DNA of 64,000 nucleotides from a bacterium (GCA_963588595.1 CAVAIA010000054.1:3067-67066); one strand, 5' to 3'. Counted from the first letter of the stretch, positions 1-9,835 are shown. The notes: generated by a model from the letters alone, not told the origin. Numbers and translations: made by a program.

Positions 1-1262
1 AACAAAATGAAAATTGTCATTGCGTTTTTAACAACAACAGGATCGAGAACTTTGACTGTGCCATGATAATAATGCATTGAAATTTTTGCTGTGTTAGGCG
101 AAATTGCTTGTTTGATTGACAAAAGAATTGACTTGCAAATTATCCCAAGCCGCTCTAATTTGATTCCGCCTGCAGTAGAACCTGCGCTAGCACCCACTGC
201 CATTATAAGAGCGATTGCCACAAACGCGCCGGAAGTGAAAACGACGCTTAATTGGTTTTGAGTGACAACGCTAAGCCCAGTTGTTGTGAAAGCGGAAAGC
301 AAAGTGAAAGTTCCTCTATGAACGAGAGCCGGAAGAGAATTAAAATATTGGCTATTAGTTGCAGAGCTTGTGAAAACGAATGTCATAACTGCCATCCAAA
401 TGATCGCGGTCTTGACTTCAAGATCTTTGAAAAAAGTCAGCGTTTTTCCTTTAAATAGGAAGTAGAAAAGGGTGAAGCTTATAGCTCCAACGATCATGAT
501 TATCATGCAAACAACTTCAAGCGAAAGGTTGTTGTAATACATCAAAGAATCACTCATAGGGGTAACACCCGCTGTTACAAAAGACGTTATCGCTAACCAA
601 AAACCATGGAGGATAGCTCTCGAAAACTCAAGCCCGCTTAATGCCATAATGCACGTTAAAATCAGAGTTGTTGCTGCTATAACAATAAGAGTCATTCTTA
701 GAATGAAGCGAGTTGCTAAAACTATGTTTGGTATAACATGCTCACTTCTGCCTTCTCCTGTGAAAAGCGCAGCACTCGTTCCCTTCCCGAAAATGCCGAG
801 CGATAGGGCAACAACGATGATTCCAAGTCCTCCAGTCAAACACATCATAAATCGCATCATATTGTCTGCGTATGAAAGGTGGTTGAGGTCGACGACGAGC
901 GTGGCTCCCGTTGTTGTGAATGCAGAAACTGAGTCGAAAACAGCATCCAAGTAGTTTAAATAATGACCAGAATAAAAAAGAGGAATTGCGGCGAGCAATG
1001 ACAAAACAATCCATGCAAGCGCGGTTACTCCAATGGCTTGTTGTCTATTTAATTTTTCTGGCTTGATGTAGGCAAGCGACATAATTGAGCCGAGAATCAA
1101 AGCGATGCCTATCGCAGTTAGATACCTTAGAGCTGGAGCCCATTCATTAAAAATAATGGCGACGATAAGGGAAGGCATCATTATTATGCAACTCCCCAAG
1201 ATCAGAGAGCCAAGGTAGTGAATGATGATTCTAACGTCAGTGAGTGTTAACCTTTGCCACAT
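1..1262 (-). CDS. trkH: TrkH/KtrB-family K+ uptake membrane protein (N-terminal part; C-terminus runs off the left edge)
   Basis: Not in the ORF track because it is open at the window edge. My minus-strand translation from ATG 1262..1260 gives MWQRLTLTDVRIIIHYLGSL... It is polytopic with four pore-loop-like segments (SAFTTTGATL, TSFVTAGVTP, SAFTTTGLSV, STAGGIKL) typical of TrkH/KtrB. Confidence 0.75.
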   Translation of the reverse strand, partial: MWQRLTLTDVRIIIHYLGSLILGSCIIMMPSLIVAIIFNEWAPALRYLTAIGIALILGSIMSLAYIKPEKLNRQQAIGVTALAWIVLSLLAAIPLFYSGHYLNYLDAVFDSVSAFTTTGATLVVDLNHLSYADNMMRFMMCLTGGLGIIVVALSLGIFGKGTSAALFTGEGRSEHVIPNIVLATRFILRMTLIVIAATTLILTCIMALSGLEFSRAILHGFWLAITSFVTAGVTPMSDSLMYYNNLSLEVVCMIIMIVGAISFTLFYFLFKGKTLTFFKDLEVKTAIIWMAVMTFVFTSSATNSQYFNSLPALVHRGTFTLLSAFTTTGLSVVTQNQLSVVFTSGAFVAIALIMAVGASAGSTAGGIKLERLGIICKSILLSIKQAISPNTAKISMHYYHGTVKVLDPVVVKNAMTIFIL

Positions 1263-1414
1263 TAAAATCTCGCATTGTAGATAACTGTTGTTATAGAAAC
1301 AATGAACCAAAGAAACACGATGAATGCAACTATAGATAAAAGCAAGGTCAACAGCGATTTCGCAAAGTCAAAAGAGGTCGTCGACTTCTTCTTTTTGTTG
1401 TTTTGCTTTGTCAT
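1262..1414 (-). CDS. Small (50 aa) Lys-rich, single-TM membrane protein, translationally coupled to trkH
   Basis: Hand translation: MTKQNNKKKKSTTSFDFAKSLLTLLLSIVAFIVFLWFIVSITTVIYNARF. Its TAA overlaps the trkH ATG (TAATG). There is no clear SD. It falls below the ORF-track size cutoff. Confidence 0.35.
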   Translation of the reverse strand: MTKQNNKKKKSTTSFDFAKSLLTLLLSIVAFIVFLWFIVSITTVIYNARF

Positions 1415-1539
1415 AACTTTATAATTTTACAACTTTAAAACAAATGAGTGTGTAATATAATAATCACAAATCTTATATAGTTTTAATTGTTATAGACGAC
1501 GAAATAGACATATCTTCACTTAATGAACGCCAACGGCGC

Positions 1540-2232
1540 ATGATCAAGGACATCGTTCACCTCGGCAACACTGTTGCAAGCGAGATTTGCACGCCGAGAG
1601 TTGACATGATGATGGTTGACGACGACGAATCTGTCCACTCTTCAATCGAGCGAATGAGGGGAACTGGCTATTCTAGACTTCCTGTTAAACATGGCGACAA
1701 TGATGAAATAGTTGGCATTGCTTACTACAAAGACCTTGTTAGCGCCCTTCTAGATGGTGAGAGCGATTTGAGCGTTTCAAAGTTTATGTATAAGCCAAAG
1801 TATGTTCCAGAGAGCAAGGACGTTATAAAGCTTCTTGAGGAGATGCAAGCTGAGCATGTCCAAATGGCGATTGTGATTGATGAATATGGCGGAACTGAAG
1901 GTCTTATAACTGTTGAGGATATAGTTGAGGAAATCGTTGGTGAAATTGCAGACGAGACCGACGACGAAGAGGCGATGATAGAGCAAATTTCAGAAGGTGT
2001 TTGGAGAGTTAATGGAAGATATCCTGTTAGACTCGCAGCTGCTGCAGGGTGGCCAGTTCAAGAAGATGAAGATTATGAGACGATAGCTGGCTGGTTGATG
2101 GATGAGATAAATTCAGTTCCTCAATCGGGTGAAATTTTTGAGACAGGCGACTTCATTTTCAGGATTGAGAGAATGAGAAGAAATAGAATTCAAACTATAA
2201 GAGTTGAGAGAATAGATAACAGCGAAAGTTAG
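1540..2232 (+). CDS. CBS-pair + CorC/HlyC C-terminal domain protein (CorC/YbeX-like), lacking a DUF21 membrane domain
   Basis: Pattern TPRVDMMMVDDDESV...SRLPV...IVGIAYYKDL...AIVIDEYGGTEGLITVEDIVEEIVGEI, followed by a transporter-associated C-terminal domain. The conserved sequence continues in frame upstream of the ATG (see findings). Confidence 0.8.
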   Translation: MIKDIVHLGNTVASEICTPRVDMMMVDDDESVHSSIERMRGTGYSRLPVKHGDNDEIVGIAYYKDLVSALLDGESDLSVSKFMYKPKYVPESKDVIKLLEEMQAEHVQMAIVIDEYGGTEGLITVEDIVEEIVGEIADETDDEEAMIEQISEGVWRVNGRYPVRLAAAAGWPVQEDEDYETIAGWLMDEINSVPQSGEIFETGDFIFRIERMRRNRIQTIRVERIDNSES

Positions 2233-2307
2233 AGCTTTAAGTGTTATAATCAATTTCGTTGCACAAATGTGTGTGCATGAGAGGATTAATAAACGTTAGG
2301 AGTAAAA

Positions 2308-2754
2308 ATGGGAAGATTTACCGCATTCACAACAGGCGTTTTATTTGGAGCAGTTGCGGGAGGAATAGCAGCTTTGATGTTTACGCCGAAAAATGGCGAA
2401 GAGAATCGCCAACTTGTTGCAGATTACGCAAACACTCTTGCAAATAGTGCACAAAAATATGGGGCTCAAGCGCAAGGAGTAGTTCAAAGCGGACTTAAGA
2501 GCGCAACTGAGATCAGCGGCGAGTTTGTAGACAACGTTAAGACGACTGCAAATTCTGCTGGTGAGCAATTCACTGAAAAGAATGACGAGCTTCGCGCAAA
2601 GATTGAAGCAGCTCGCGATCGCATTGCTGAGCAAGTTAAGAAGAACAACGATGCGGAAGAGGAGCCTGCAAAAGAAGATAAAGAAGAAGAGAAGGCTGAA
2701 AAGGATCCTGAGAAAAAAGCTAAGAAAAAATCGAAGAAAGACGAAGAGAAATAG
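2308..2754 (+). CDS. YtxH-like general stress protein (N-terminal TM, coiled/charged tail)
   Basis: N-terminus MGRFTAFTTGVLFGAVAGGIAALMFTPKNGEENR matches the YtxH signature. SD aggag lies upstream. TGtTATAAT-like promoter near 2250. Confidence 0.7.
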   Translation: MGRFTAFTTGVLFGAVAGGIAALMFTPKNGEENRQLVADYANTLANSAQKYGAQAQGVVQSGLKSATEISGEFVDNVKTTANSAGEQFTEKNDELRAKIEAARDRIAEQVKKNNDAEEEPAKEDKEEEKAEKDPEKKAKKKSKKDEEK

Positions 2755-2766
2755 TAGCTAAGTTCT

Positions 2767-3624
2767 TTGCTTTTTTCAACTTTCAAATTAATCAATAGAA
2801 GAGCATTTATTTCGACCAGCGAATCCGACGATGAGATTGTCGTTGAGAAAGCTGGTCGTGTTCATTTCTTCGCCTTTAACAACAAAAACAAGTGTGTTGG
2901 GATGTTTGTTAAACGTCCTGATGTTGCTTTGATGTTTAGGCGAAAGGATCTTTTTGCTCCTTTGTCATGTTGTGATTTTGTTAATGAGGGAGTGATAATT
3001 TCAAACGATTATAAAAAGAAGACTGAAAAGCTAAGGAAAGAAGAGGGGCTGGATTTAGATTGCACATTTGTTCTGGATGGAACGGATGTTGTTACAGAGA
3101 GTGGAGAAAATCTTGGCGTTGTTGAAGAGTTGATTTGTGATTCTAAAAGCGGGAGGGTTGAGAACTTTGTCGTTTCTGATGGAGGCTTGTCTGACACACT
3201 TTTAGGGAAGAGAACATTAAGCGGGGACATGATTGTTGGACTTAGAGCAGAAAGTTCACAATTTGCAATAATGAAGACTGAGAGCAAGGATGATCTATCT
3301 GGCCCCGTTCTCGTTGTTAAAGATAGCGCTAAGCAAACAGAGCATGAGGGAGGAGTCGCAAAAAAGACGGCGGTCGCTTCTGTTAAGGCGAAGAAGAAAG
3401 CGATTGAAGCCAAGGACACAATAAAAGAGAAGGCAACACCCGGCGCGAAGGCTGCCAAAGAAAAAGCAAGCACCCTCGCTGAGAAGGGCAAGGATAGTTT
3501 TTCAGAGACTTTTCAATCTACTAAGGACGGCGTCGTTGGCTTTAGAGACGAATTTTTGAAGGCTTTTAGATCAGAAGACGAAGCAGAGGAAGACGCCACT
3601 TTAAAAGAAGAGAGCGAAGAGTAA
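2767..3624 (+). CDS. PRC-barrel-like domain protein with K/A/E-rich C-terminal tail
   Basis: Segment VVTESGENLGVVEELICDSKSGRVENFVVSDGG resembles a PRC barrel. The start is TTG and therefore uncertain. Confidence 0.45.
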   Translation: MLFSTFKLINRRAFISTSESDDEIVVEKAGRVHFFAFNNKNKCVGMFVKRPDVALMFRRKDLFAPLSCCDFVNEGVIISNDYKKKTEKLRKEEGLDLDCTFVLDGTDVVTESGENLGVVEELICDSKSGRVENFVVSDGGLSDTLLGKRTLSGDMIVGLRAESSQFAIMKTESKDDLSGPVLVVKDSAKQTEHEGGVAKKTAVASVKAKKKAIEAKDTIKEKATPGAKAAKEKASTLAEKGKDSFSETFQSTKDGVVGFRDEFLKAFRSEDEAEEDATLKEESEE

Positions 3625-3635
3625 GTGAGGTGTTT

Positions 3636-4604
3636 TTAGTTATCCCTAACTTTTGCAGTTGCACAAATTGAAGAACAACTGCAAGCATGAGCCCAATAGC
3701 CATTAAGTGATGCTTTGCAAGCTATCTTAGAAGCTTCTGAGAAATCCTTAGTTATCCCAAAACACGCAGATCCGCTTCCCGTCATGCTAACATTTTCAGG
3801 CTTTGTTAAGTTTTCTTTTAGGAAATTGATCGTTTTGCCTATTTCGTCGCATATAAGACATGCGGGAGAGAGCAGGTCATTTTTTAGATTAAACTCCCCG
3901 TGAACATCGTCTTTGCACTTCATCTCATCAAATTTTTCATAGCAAAGTCTCGTTGAAACTCCAGCCTTAGGCTGTAATATGACGAGAGAATTTTTCATGG
4001 ATGCGTGAGTTTCTAACAATTTAGAGCCATCTTTTCCCATCAAGGCTTGCCCGCCTTGCAAAAAGAAAACGACATCGCTTCCAAGATTAGTTGAAATTTC
4101 TTTTGAACTTGAAACTAGATTTTCATCGTCAAAAATTAGGTTAGCTGCCCTAAGAGTTGCAGCTGCGTTAGAAGATCCGCCTCCGAGACCTGCCATAGCA
4201 GGTATATTTTTTTCAAGGAACACTTCAATGTGAAGTTTTTCTTTGAAGTTAGATTCTTTGGCTGCCAGTAAAAGTGCTTTAGTTATTAAATTTTCGTTTA
4301 TGTCAATTTTTAAGTCATAACACGAGCGATCATCGATTGTTATAGCGATAGACAAATTTTCGCCTTCGATTTCTTGCGTTGGTGTTTCTTTAATTCCGTA
4401 GATTGAATTTTTCTTTGCATTTCTAATAGATAAAATATCGTTTTTTTCTGACTTGTTAGTTGCAACGAAAAATTCTAGATTGTCATGAAGAGTTAAAGTT
4501 TGCATCAATGTTTTGACATCATGTTTCTTTGTCTTATCATCAAGTTTTCCAACTTCAAGAGAAAGGTTGACCTTTGCGGGTGATATTGCATCTATCGTTT
4601 TCAT
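3636..4604 (-). CDS. ispE: 4-diphosphocytidyl-2-C-methyl-D-erythritol kinase
   Basis: N-terminus SPAKVNLSLEV and GHMP kinase motif PAMAGLGGGSSNAAATL. Confidence 0.9.
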   Translation of the reverse strand: MKTIDAISPAKVNLSLEVGKLDDKTKKHDVKTLMQTLTLHDNLEFFVATNKSEKNDILSIRNAKKNSIYGIKETPTQEIEGENLSIAITIDDRSCYDLKIDINENLITKALLLAAKESNFKEKLHIEVFLEKNIPAMAGLGGGSSNAAATLRAANLIFDDENLVSSSKEISTNLGSDVVFFLQGGQALMGKDGSKLLETHASMKNSLVILQPKAGVSTRLCYEKFDEMKCKDDVHGEFNLKNDLLSPACLICDEIGKTINFLKENLTKPENVSMTGSGSACFGITKDFSEASKIACKASLNGYWAHACSCSSICATAKVRDN

Positions 4605-4621
4605 CGTTTTGAAAAGAAACT

Positions 4622-5806
4622 TTAGATCGTAAGCGTTATAGTTGATCCGTCGCTTGAAATATATCCTGATAGCGAAACACTTCCAGATGAGGTTGTGTCT
4701 TTTTTGCGAACGACTGTGATTGTTTTAGTTGTTATTTCAACTCCATCAATAGTAAATAAGGTTGTTGCGTTTAATGTTAACGTGTTTGCGTTTAGAGTTC
4801 CATCAAGTTTCACATATTGACCAGACGAGCAAGTTAGAGTCATCGTTGCCTCTTCCTTTTCTTCCTCTTCTTGTTTTTGTTCTTCTTGAGTCTCACCCTT
4901 TGAGTTATCTCCTTCTGTTGCAAGCCACGTCACATTGGCTCCCCATCCGTCAACTTCGCTCCACTCAACCCTAACTTTCATCTTTTTGACGAGATCGTAG
5001 TGTCCATTAGTTTGATTTGACATCCAACTTTGCCAATTGCTTTTGTTAGTTGAAACAACGCTGCCGCCACCTTTTTTGGTAAAGATGAAAGTGACTTCGC
5101 CGCCATCCTTCGTTATTTCGCCTTCACGGGTGACTTCGGCGTCTTGAACGGCATTAGCGCTGCTCTCGTCATAGTCTTTCATCAATGTTAGGGCGTCAGC
5201 TTGAACTTGATCTAAGTCAGGCGCTCCATTGGGGCGATAGTTTGTGGACTCCACTGTAAAAGATCCCTTTTCCCACTTAGAGAGCAGTGAGTTGTAAGTG
5301 TATTTTAAACGCATCTTTGAAGTTGAATTGATGCTCGTGTTTGAAAACTTGACAGTTGCAGTTGCATCACAAGCATAGACTGACGCTGCTTCTCCAGTCG
5401 AAGTTGTGACGCGCCCAATTGAGACGTCTTCTATTGTTGGCGTTGAACTAGACTTGTCAGATATATATTTTATGGAGTCATACTTTGGAGTTGTGGCGCT
5501 CAAAAAGTCTTTGTTTGCTTGCTCGACGGATGGGCCCTCTGGAGCAGACGAGGCGCTTCCTATGTTTAGAAAGGACACTAAATAAAATGCCACGATGGCA
5601 AACACCAAAACAATGAGAATATTTCTAGTCCAATTTGCGAGCCTTGTCCACTTTGTGTAGCGGGATCCTCCTGGGAGTTTTTCTTTTGAGGAGTGGTGTG
5701 ACTTCGATCTTTCAACCTTCGGATTTACTTGATATTCCTCTCCAAGATAAGAGACGCCCTCTTCAGGTAAATTTGTGTCGATCATGTCGTTCATTTTACT
5801 TGTCAT
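4622..5806 (-). CDS. Orphan membrane-anchored protein (cytoplasmic N-tail, one TM, large extracytoplasmic region, E-rich linker, beta-rich C-terminal module)
   Basis: TM segment NILIVLVFAIVAFYLVSFLNIG. I recognise no family motif. Lies 17 nt upstream of ispE on the same strand. Confidence 0.6.
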   Translation of the reverse strand: MTSKMNDMIDTNLPEEGVSYLGEEYQVNPKVERSKSHHSSKEKLPGGSRYTKWTRLANWTRNILIVLVFAIVAFYLVSFLNIGSASSAPEGPSVEQANKDFLSATTPKYDSIKYISDKSSSTPTIEDVSIGRVTTSTGEAASVYACDATATVKFSNTSINSTSKMRLKYTYNSLLSKWEKGSFTVESTNYRPNGAPDLDQVQADALTLMKDYDESSANAVQDAEVTREGEITKDGGEVTFIFTKKGGGSVVSTNKSNWQSWMSNQTNGHYDLVKKMKVRVEWSEVDGWGANVTWLATEGDNSKGETQEEQKQEEEEKEEATMTLTCSSGQYVKLDGTLNANTLTLNATTLFTIDGVEITTKTITVVRKKDTTSSGSVSLSGYISSDGSTITLTI

Positions 5807-5879
5807 TTCTTGGAAAGTTGTTAAATTGATAAACTAGAATAATTATATAAGGATTTTTAATAGTTTTAGAGCAAAATAC

Positions 5880-7373
5880 ATGAAAAGAAACTTAATAACG
5901 AGAATTGTTAATAGTTGGTTCGATCGAGTTGTCGGAGCAATGAAAGGTGAGGGTCTTTCTGAATCTGAGGAAAGATATGGCGCTCATAGAACCAAAAGAG
6001 ATTTTGTTTGGAACTCAATAGGAACCGCGTGTTGGTCTTTTGTTTTTCCTGTTGTGACCATAGTTTCAACTCAACTTGTTGGAGTTGAACAGGCAGGAAT
6101 GATTTCTATGGCATTTGTCGTTGCTCTTCTTTTGATGTTCGTTGGCAATTTTGGAACGAGAGCGTTTCAAGCATCCGACATAAAACATGAACACTCTTTT
6201 ATTGATTACCAAGTCAACAGATGGCTATCTTGCGGCTTGATGCTCATTTTGGGTTTCATCTATTGCACTATCAGAGGATATACAGGCATGATGGCAACGA
6301 TAACAACGGCGGTGTTGTTATATAGAATGGTCGACGCTCTAGCTGATGTTTACGAAGGTCGTCTTCAACAAGTTGATAAGCTCTACCTTGCTGGAATTTC
6401 TCAAACGGTTAGAAGTTTGGCAGCGTTGCTATTTTTTAGCATATTTTTGCTCATAACTGGGGATCCAGGAATCGCTTGCTGGGCGATGGCGATAGTTGCG
6501 GGAGTAACTTTTATCGTTATCACTTTGCCTCTAGCGCTTCTAGAGACGCCAAAAACAAGAGAGTTTTCACCTAAAAGTTTAGTTTCTCTAATTAAATCGA
6601 CAGCTCCATTGTTTATAGCATTGTTTTTGTTCAACGTTATAGAGAACATGCCAAAGCTTGTTATGGAAGGCGTTTTAAGTTATGACGCGCAACTTTTCTT
6701 CAATGCGCTTTATTTCCCTGCTCAATGTATCTTAATAATTGGACAACTTGTCTATAAACCTTTGATTTTGAGGATGGCAGACGTTTGGCAAGACGATTCG
6801 AAGAGAAGAAAGTTCGACCTTTTGATTCTAGGGATCATGGTCGTGATTCTTGTCATCACGCTAGCTGCATGGTTTGTCATGGCAACAATCGGAATTCCAA
6901 TTATGTCATTTATGTATGGAGTGGATTTTGAAGGCTATCGTCAATTGGCTTATGTCATGATAGCCACGGGAGGCGTGACGTGCGCGATAGACTTTGTCTA
7001 CCAAGTTATAACTGTTATGAGAAGGCAGCGGGATGTAACAACTCTTTATTGCGTCACATTTGGATTTTCGTTGTTCATACCTTCCTTGTTAATCGGGTTT
7101 GAAGGTTTAAATGGTGCAATATTGAGTTACTTGATAATAGAGTCCATTTTGCTCGTTCTTCTCGTTTGGGAATATTTCAGAATAAGAGGCGATTTAACGC
7201 GAGAATCGCAAATTAGAAAAGAAACAGAGGAACACGTTAGAAAATCATTTTTAGACCTTTATGGCTCAGATGGTTCTCAAAACCAAGAAATGACTGATGA
7301 CGGAAACAATCAAGGTTATATTGAAAGAAATCGTGCGAGAAGAGAAGAGCGAAATCGCCACTCGCGACTTTAA
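5880..7373 (+). CDS. Polytopic membrane protein, MOP/Wzx-like oligosaccharide flippase family (tentative)
   Basis: About 12-14 hydrophobic helices. The segment YRMVDALADVYEGRLQQVDKLYLAGISQTVRS resembles polysaccharide-biosynthesis flippases. Confidence 0.5.
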   Translation: MKRNLITRIVNSWFDRVVGAMKGEGLSESEERYGAHRTKRDFVWNSIGTACWSFVFPVVTIVSTQLVGVEQAGMISMAFVVALLLMFVGNFGTRAFQASDIKHEHSFIDYQVNRWLSCGLMLILGFIYCTIRGYTGMMATITTAVLLYRMVDALADVYEGRLQQVDKLYLAGISQTVRSLAALLFFSIFLLITGDPGIACWAMAIVAGVTFIVITLPLALLETPKTREFSPKSLVSLIKSTAPLFIALFLFNVIENMPKLVMEGVLSYDAQLFFNALYFPAQCILIIGQLVYKPLILRMADVWQDDSKRRKFDLLILGIMVVILVITLAAWFVMATIGIPIMSFMYGVDFEGYRQLAYVMIATGGVTCAIDFVYQVITVMRRQRDVTTLYCVTFGFSLFIPSLLIGFEGLNGAILSYLIIESILLVLLVWEYFRIRGDLTRESQIRKETEEHVRKSFLDLYGSDGSQNQEMTDDGNNQGYIERNRARREERNRHSRL

Positions 7374-7467
7374 AAAGTTATATAATTTTTAAAAAGTTCT
7401 GTTTCTGTGAAAGCTATATATTTCTGCTATTTTCATTATTAATTTATTCTTTAGGAAGGATTGTATT

Positions 7468-8616
7468 ATGCCAGCTGCTCCAACAGAGTTGCCAAAGACA
7501 TTTGAGGGATATCAAGAGGCAAGAAAACAAGGTTTTTTGAAAGTAAAGGATTTTAAGGATAAAGGTGGGAAGCTTGTAGGTTATCTTTGCACATATGCGC
7601 CGCTAGAAATAGTGGACGCTGCAGGAGCTTCGGCTGTTGGACTTTGCGGAACTTCAGATGAGGTTATTCCTCAAGCTGAAACTGTTCTTCCAGCAAATCT
7701 TTGTCCTTTGATTAAGTCGACCTACGGCTTTGCCTACACTGACAAATGCCCCTATACCTATTTTTCTGACGTCATCATCGGGGAGACAACTTGTGACGGG
7801 AAAAAGAAGATGTATGAGTTGTTAAAAGATTTAAAGGATGTCTACATCTTAATGTTGCCTCATGACAGAAACAGACCATGGGCGAGGGAGGCTTGGAAAA
7901 GCGAGATTGTCGCGCTTAAAGATTTTTTGGAGAAGAAATTCGATTGCACAATAACGGACGAATTAGTTCGAGATGCGACAAAAAATAGAAATAGACTCAG
8001 AAGCGCGATATGCGATTTATATGAGCTTCAATTGAAAGGGACAACTGCACTAACATCGGTCGAGCTTTTAAGTGCAATGGCTGCTGGCAGCTTTAATTTA
8101 GATGTCAATGACTACATTGCAACTCTTGAGAACATGGTGAGCGAGAATAAGGGCAAATGCAATGAGGAGAATGACAAGAAAAAGAGGATTGTTTTAACTG
8201 GCTGCCCTTCAAATGGAGTTATAAATAAGATTGCGAAGTCGATAGACGACAATGGAGGTGTTGTTGTTGTCAATGACTCTTGCGCTGGAGAGCGAACAAA
8301 CCGCTTCAAAGTCGACCCAGATGCTGAGGATATATATGGGGCGCTCGCTGATAAATATTTTGACATTAATTGTTCGATTATGACCCCTAACGATGGCAGA
8401 ATGACCAACACGATTGAAATGGCAAGAAAATATCAAGCTGATGGTGTGATTGACATGGTTTTGAATTGTTGCCACACGTTTAATGTCGAAAGTGCTTTGA
8501 TGCAAAGAGCTTGCGAGGAGGCGGGATTGCCTTATCTTAAGATTGAAACGGATTATTCACAAGGCGATGCAGGTCAAATAGACACTCGAATTGCTGCATT
8601 TATTGAGACACTTTAG
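7468..8616 (+). CDS. Double-cubane-cluster-type anaerobic reductase (2-hydroxyacyl-CoA dehydratase/BcrBC superfamily, single-subunit type)
   Basis: N-terminal block [23 protein letters not shown]...[17 protein letters not shown]...[46 protein letters not shown], recalled as characteristic of this family. It contains multiple conserved Cys. Confidence 0.8.
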   Translation: MPAAPTELPKTFEGYQEARKQGFLKVKDFKDKGGKLVGYLCTYAPLEIVDAAGASAVGLCGTSDEVIPQAETVLPANLCPLIKSTYGFAYTDKCPYTYFSDVIIGETTCDGKKKMYELLKDLKDVYILMLPHDRNRPWAREAWKSEIVALKDFLEKKFDCTITDELVRDATKNRNRLRSAICDLYELQLKGTTALTSVELLSAMAAGSFNLDVNDYIATLENMVSENKGKCNEENDKKKRIVLTGCPSNGVINKIAKSIDDNGGVVVVNDSCAGERTNRFKVDPDAEDIYGALADKYFDINCSIMTPNDGRMTNTIEMARKYQADGVIDMVLNCCHTFNVESALMQRACEEAGLPYLKIETDYSQGDAGQIDTRIAAFIETL

Positions 8617-8629
8617 TTAGCCGTTTTAT

Positions 8630-9379
8630 ATGTATTCAATTGGAATCGACATAGGCTCAACATCGGCAAAGGCAGCGGTCGTTGAAGATGGCAAAATTGC
8701 TTTTACTACCGTTATGCCAACAGGATATAACAGCGTGGATGCGGCTGATCGCTTAAAAGAAGAAATTCAAAGCGCGGGTTTTGAGATAGGCGAGGATGTT
8801 GGGGTTGTTGCGACGGGATATGGGAGAATCTCAGTTCCTTATGCAGACAAAACTGTGACAGAGATAACTTGCCACGGACGAGGTGCCTCCTTTTTGTTTG
8901 GCGAGGATCTAACTGTTATAGACATCGGAGGGCAGGACACAAAGGCGGTCAAGATAGAGAATGGCACTGTCTCAAAATTCTTGATGAATGATAAATGTAG
9001 TGCTGGAACTGGAAAGTTTCTCGAGATTATGGCAAACCGTTTGGGGGTAACACTTTCAGAGTTGATGGACATGGCCAAGAAAGGCGAGATTACTCCAATT
9101 TCTTCAATGTGCACAGTTTTTGCAGAGAGCGAAGTTATTTCTTTGATAGGTAAAGGAACACCAAGAGAAAACATTGCAAGAGGAGTTGTTGATTCGGTCG
9201 TTACAAAAGTTTGCTCTTTGGTTGGAAGGGTTGGCGGTGAAAAATATGCTCTAACTGGTGGACTTTGCGACGAGGAGTTCATGGTCGAGTCACTTAAAAA
9301 TGCTCTTGGGGCTGATGTTGTTACATGTTCAAACGCAAGGTTTGCAGGAGCTATAGGAGCTGCGCTAAGTGCTAAATGA
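8630..9379 (+). CDS. Acyl-CoA dehydratase activase / BcrAD-BadFG-type ATPase (electron-transfer activator)
   Basis: MYSIGIDIGSTSAKAAVV (ASKHA phosphate-1), VIDIGGQDTKA, and cluster-bridging Cys contexts NDKCSAGTGKFLE and SMCTVFAESE. Confidence 0.9.
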   Translation: MYSIGIDIGSTSAKAAVVEDGKIAFTTVMPTGYNSVDAADRLKEEIQSAGFEIGEDVGVVATGYGRISVPYADKTVTEITCHGRGASFLFGEDLTVIDIGGQDTKAVKIENGTVSKFLMNDKCSAGTGKFLEIMANRLGVTLSELMDMAKKGEITPISSMCTVFAESEVISLIGKGTPRENIARGVVDSVVTKVCSLVGRVGGEKYALTGGLCDEEFMVESLKNALGADVVTCSNARFAGAIGAALSAK

Positions 9380-9441
9380 TGGCAAAATTTAGGCCATCTT
9401 TAGAATAAAATTCAAGTTTGGTTACGAAAAAGGAGAGAAAA

Positions 9442-9780
9442 ATGAGTGGAAAAGTAGTTTTAATTGCACAAGACAAAATGGGTCATGGAGATGACACGCT
9501 TGGCAAAAAATTGATGAATGCGTTTATTTATTCGCTAACAGAGGCAGAGGAAAAACCAAGCCATGTTCTTCTCTACAATGGTGGCGCTTATCTTACGCAA
9601 GAGGGCGCAGAGACTGTTGAGGATTTTAAGAAACTAGAGGAAGCTGGCGTTGAGATTTTGACTTGCGGAACATGCACAGAATTTTTCAACATTTCAGAGA
9701 CAGTTGCCGTTGGCGCCATAACAAATATGTATGAAATAGTTGAGATTTGCACAGAAGCAGACAGCGTTATTCGCCCTTAG
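9442..9780 (+). CDS. DsrE-like protein resembling the C-terminal half of selenium-metabolism protein YedF (no TusA/CPxP domain)
   Basis: MSGKVVLIAQDKMGHGDDTLGKKLM...LLYNGGAYL...GVEILTCGTCTEFF...GAITNMYEIVE. ATG 9442 is preceded by aaaggagag. The track ORF starts earlier, at 9418. Confidence 0.7.
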   Translation: MSGKVVLIAQDKMGHGDDTLGKKLMNAFIYSLTEAEEKPSHVLLYNGGAYLTQEGAETVEDFKKLEEAGVEILTCGTCTEFFNISETVAVGAITNMYEIVEICTEADSVIRP

Positions 9781-9835
9781 GTTTGCTCTTTAACTTTTAA
9801 CTAAAAAAAATTCTTTACAAAAGAAACTTTTTTGT

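Noticed and set aside
649-1014. Track ORFs 649..954 (+) and 742..1014 (-) at the left end
   Set aside because: Both lie inside the much longer edge-truncated TrkH-family frame on the minus strand, which has clear family motifs. They are shadow or alternative-frame ORFs.
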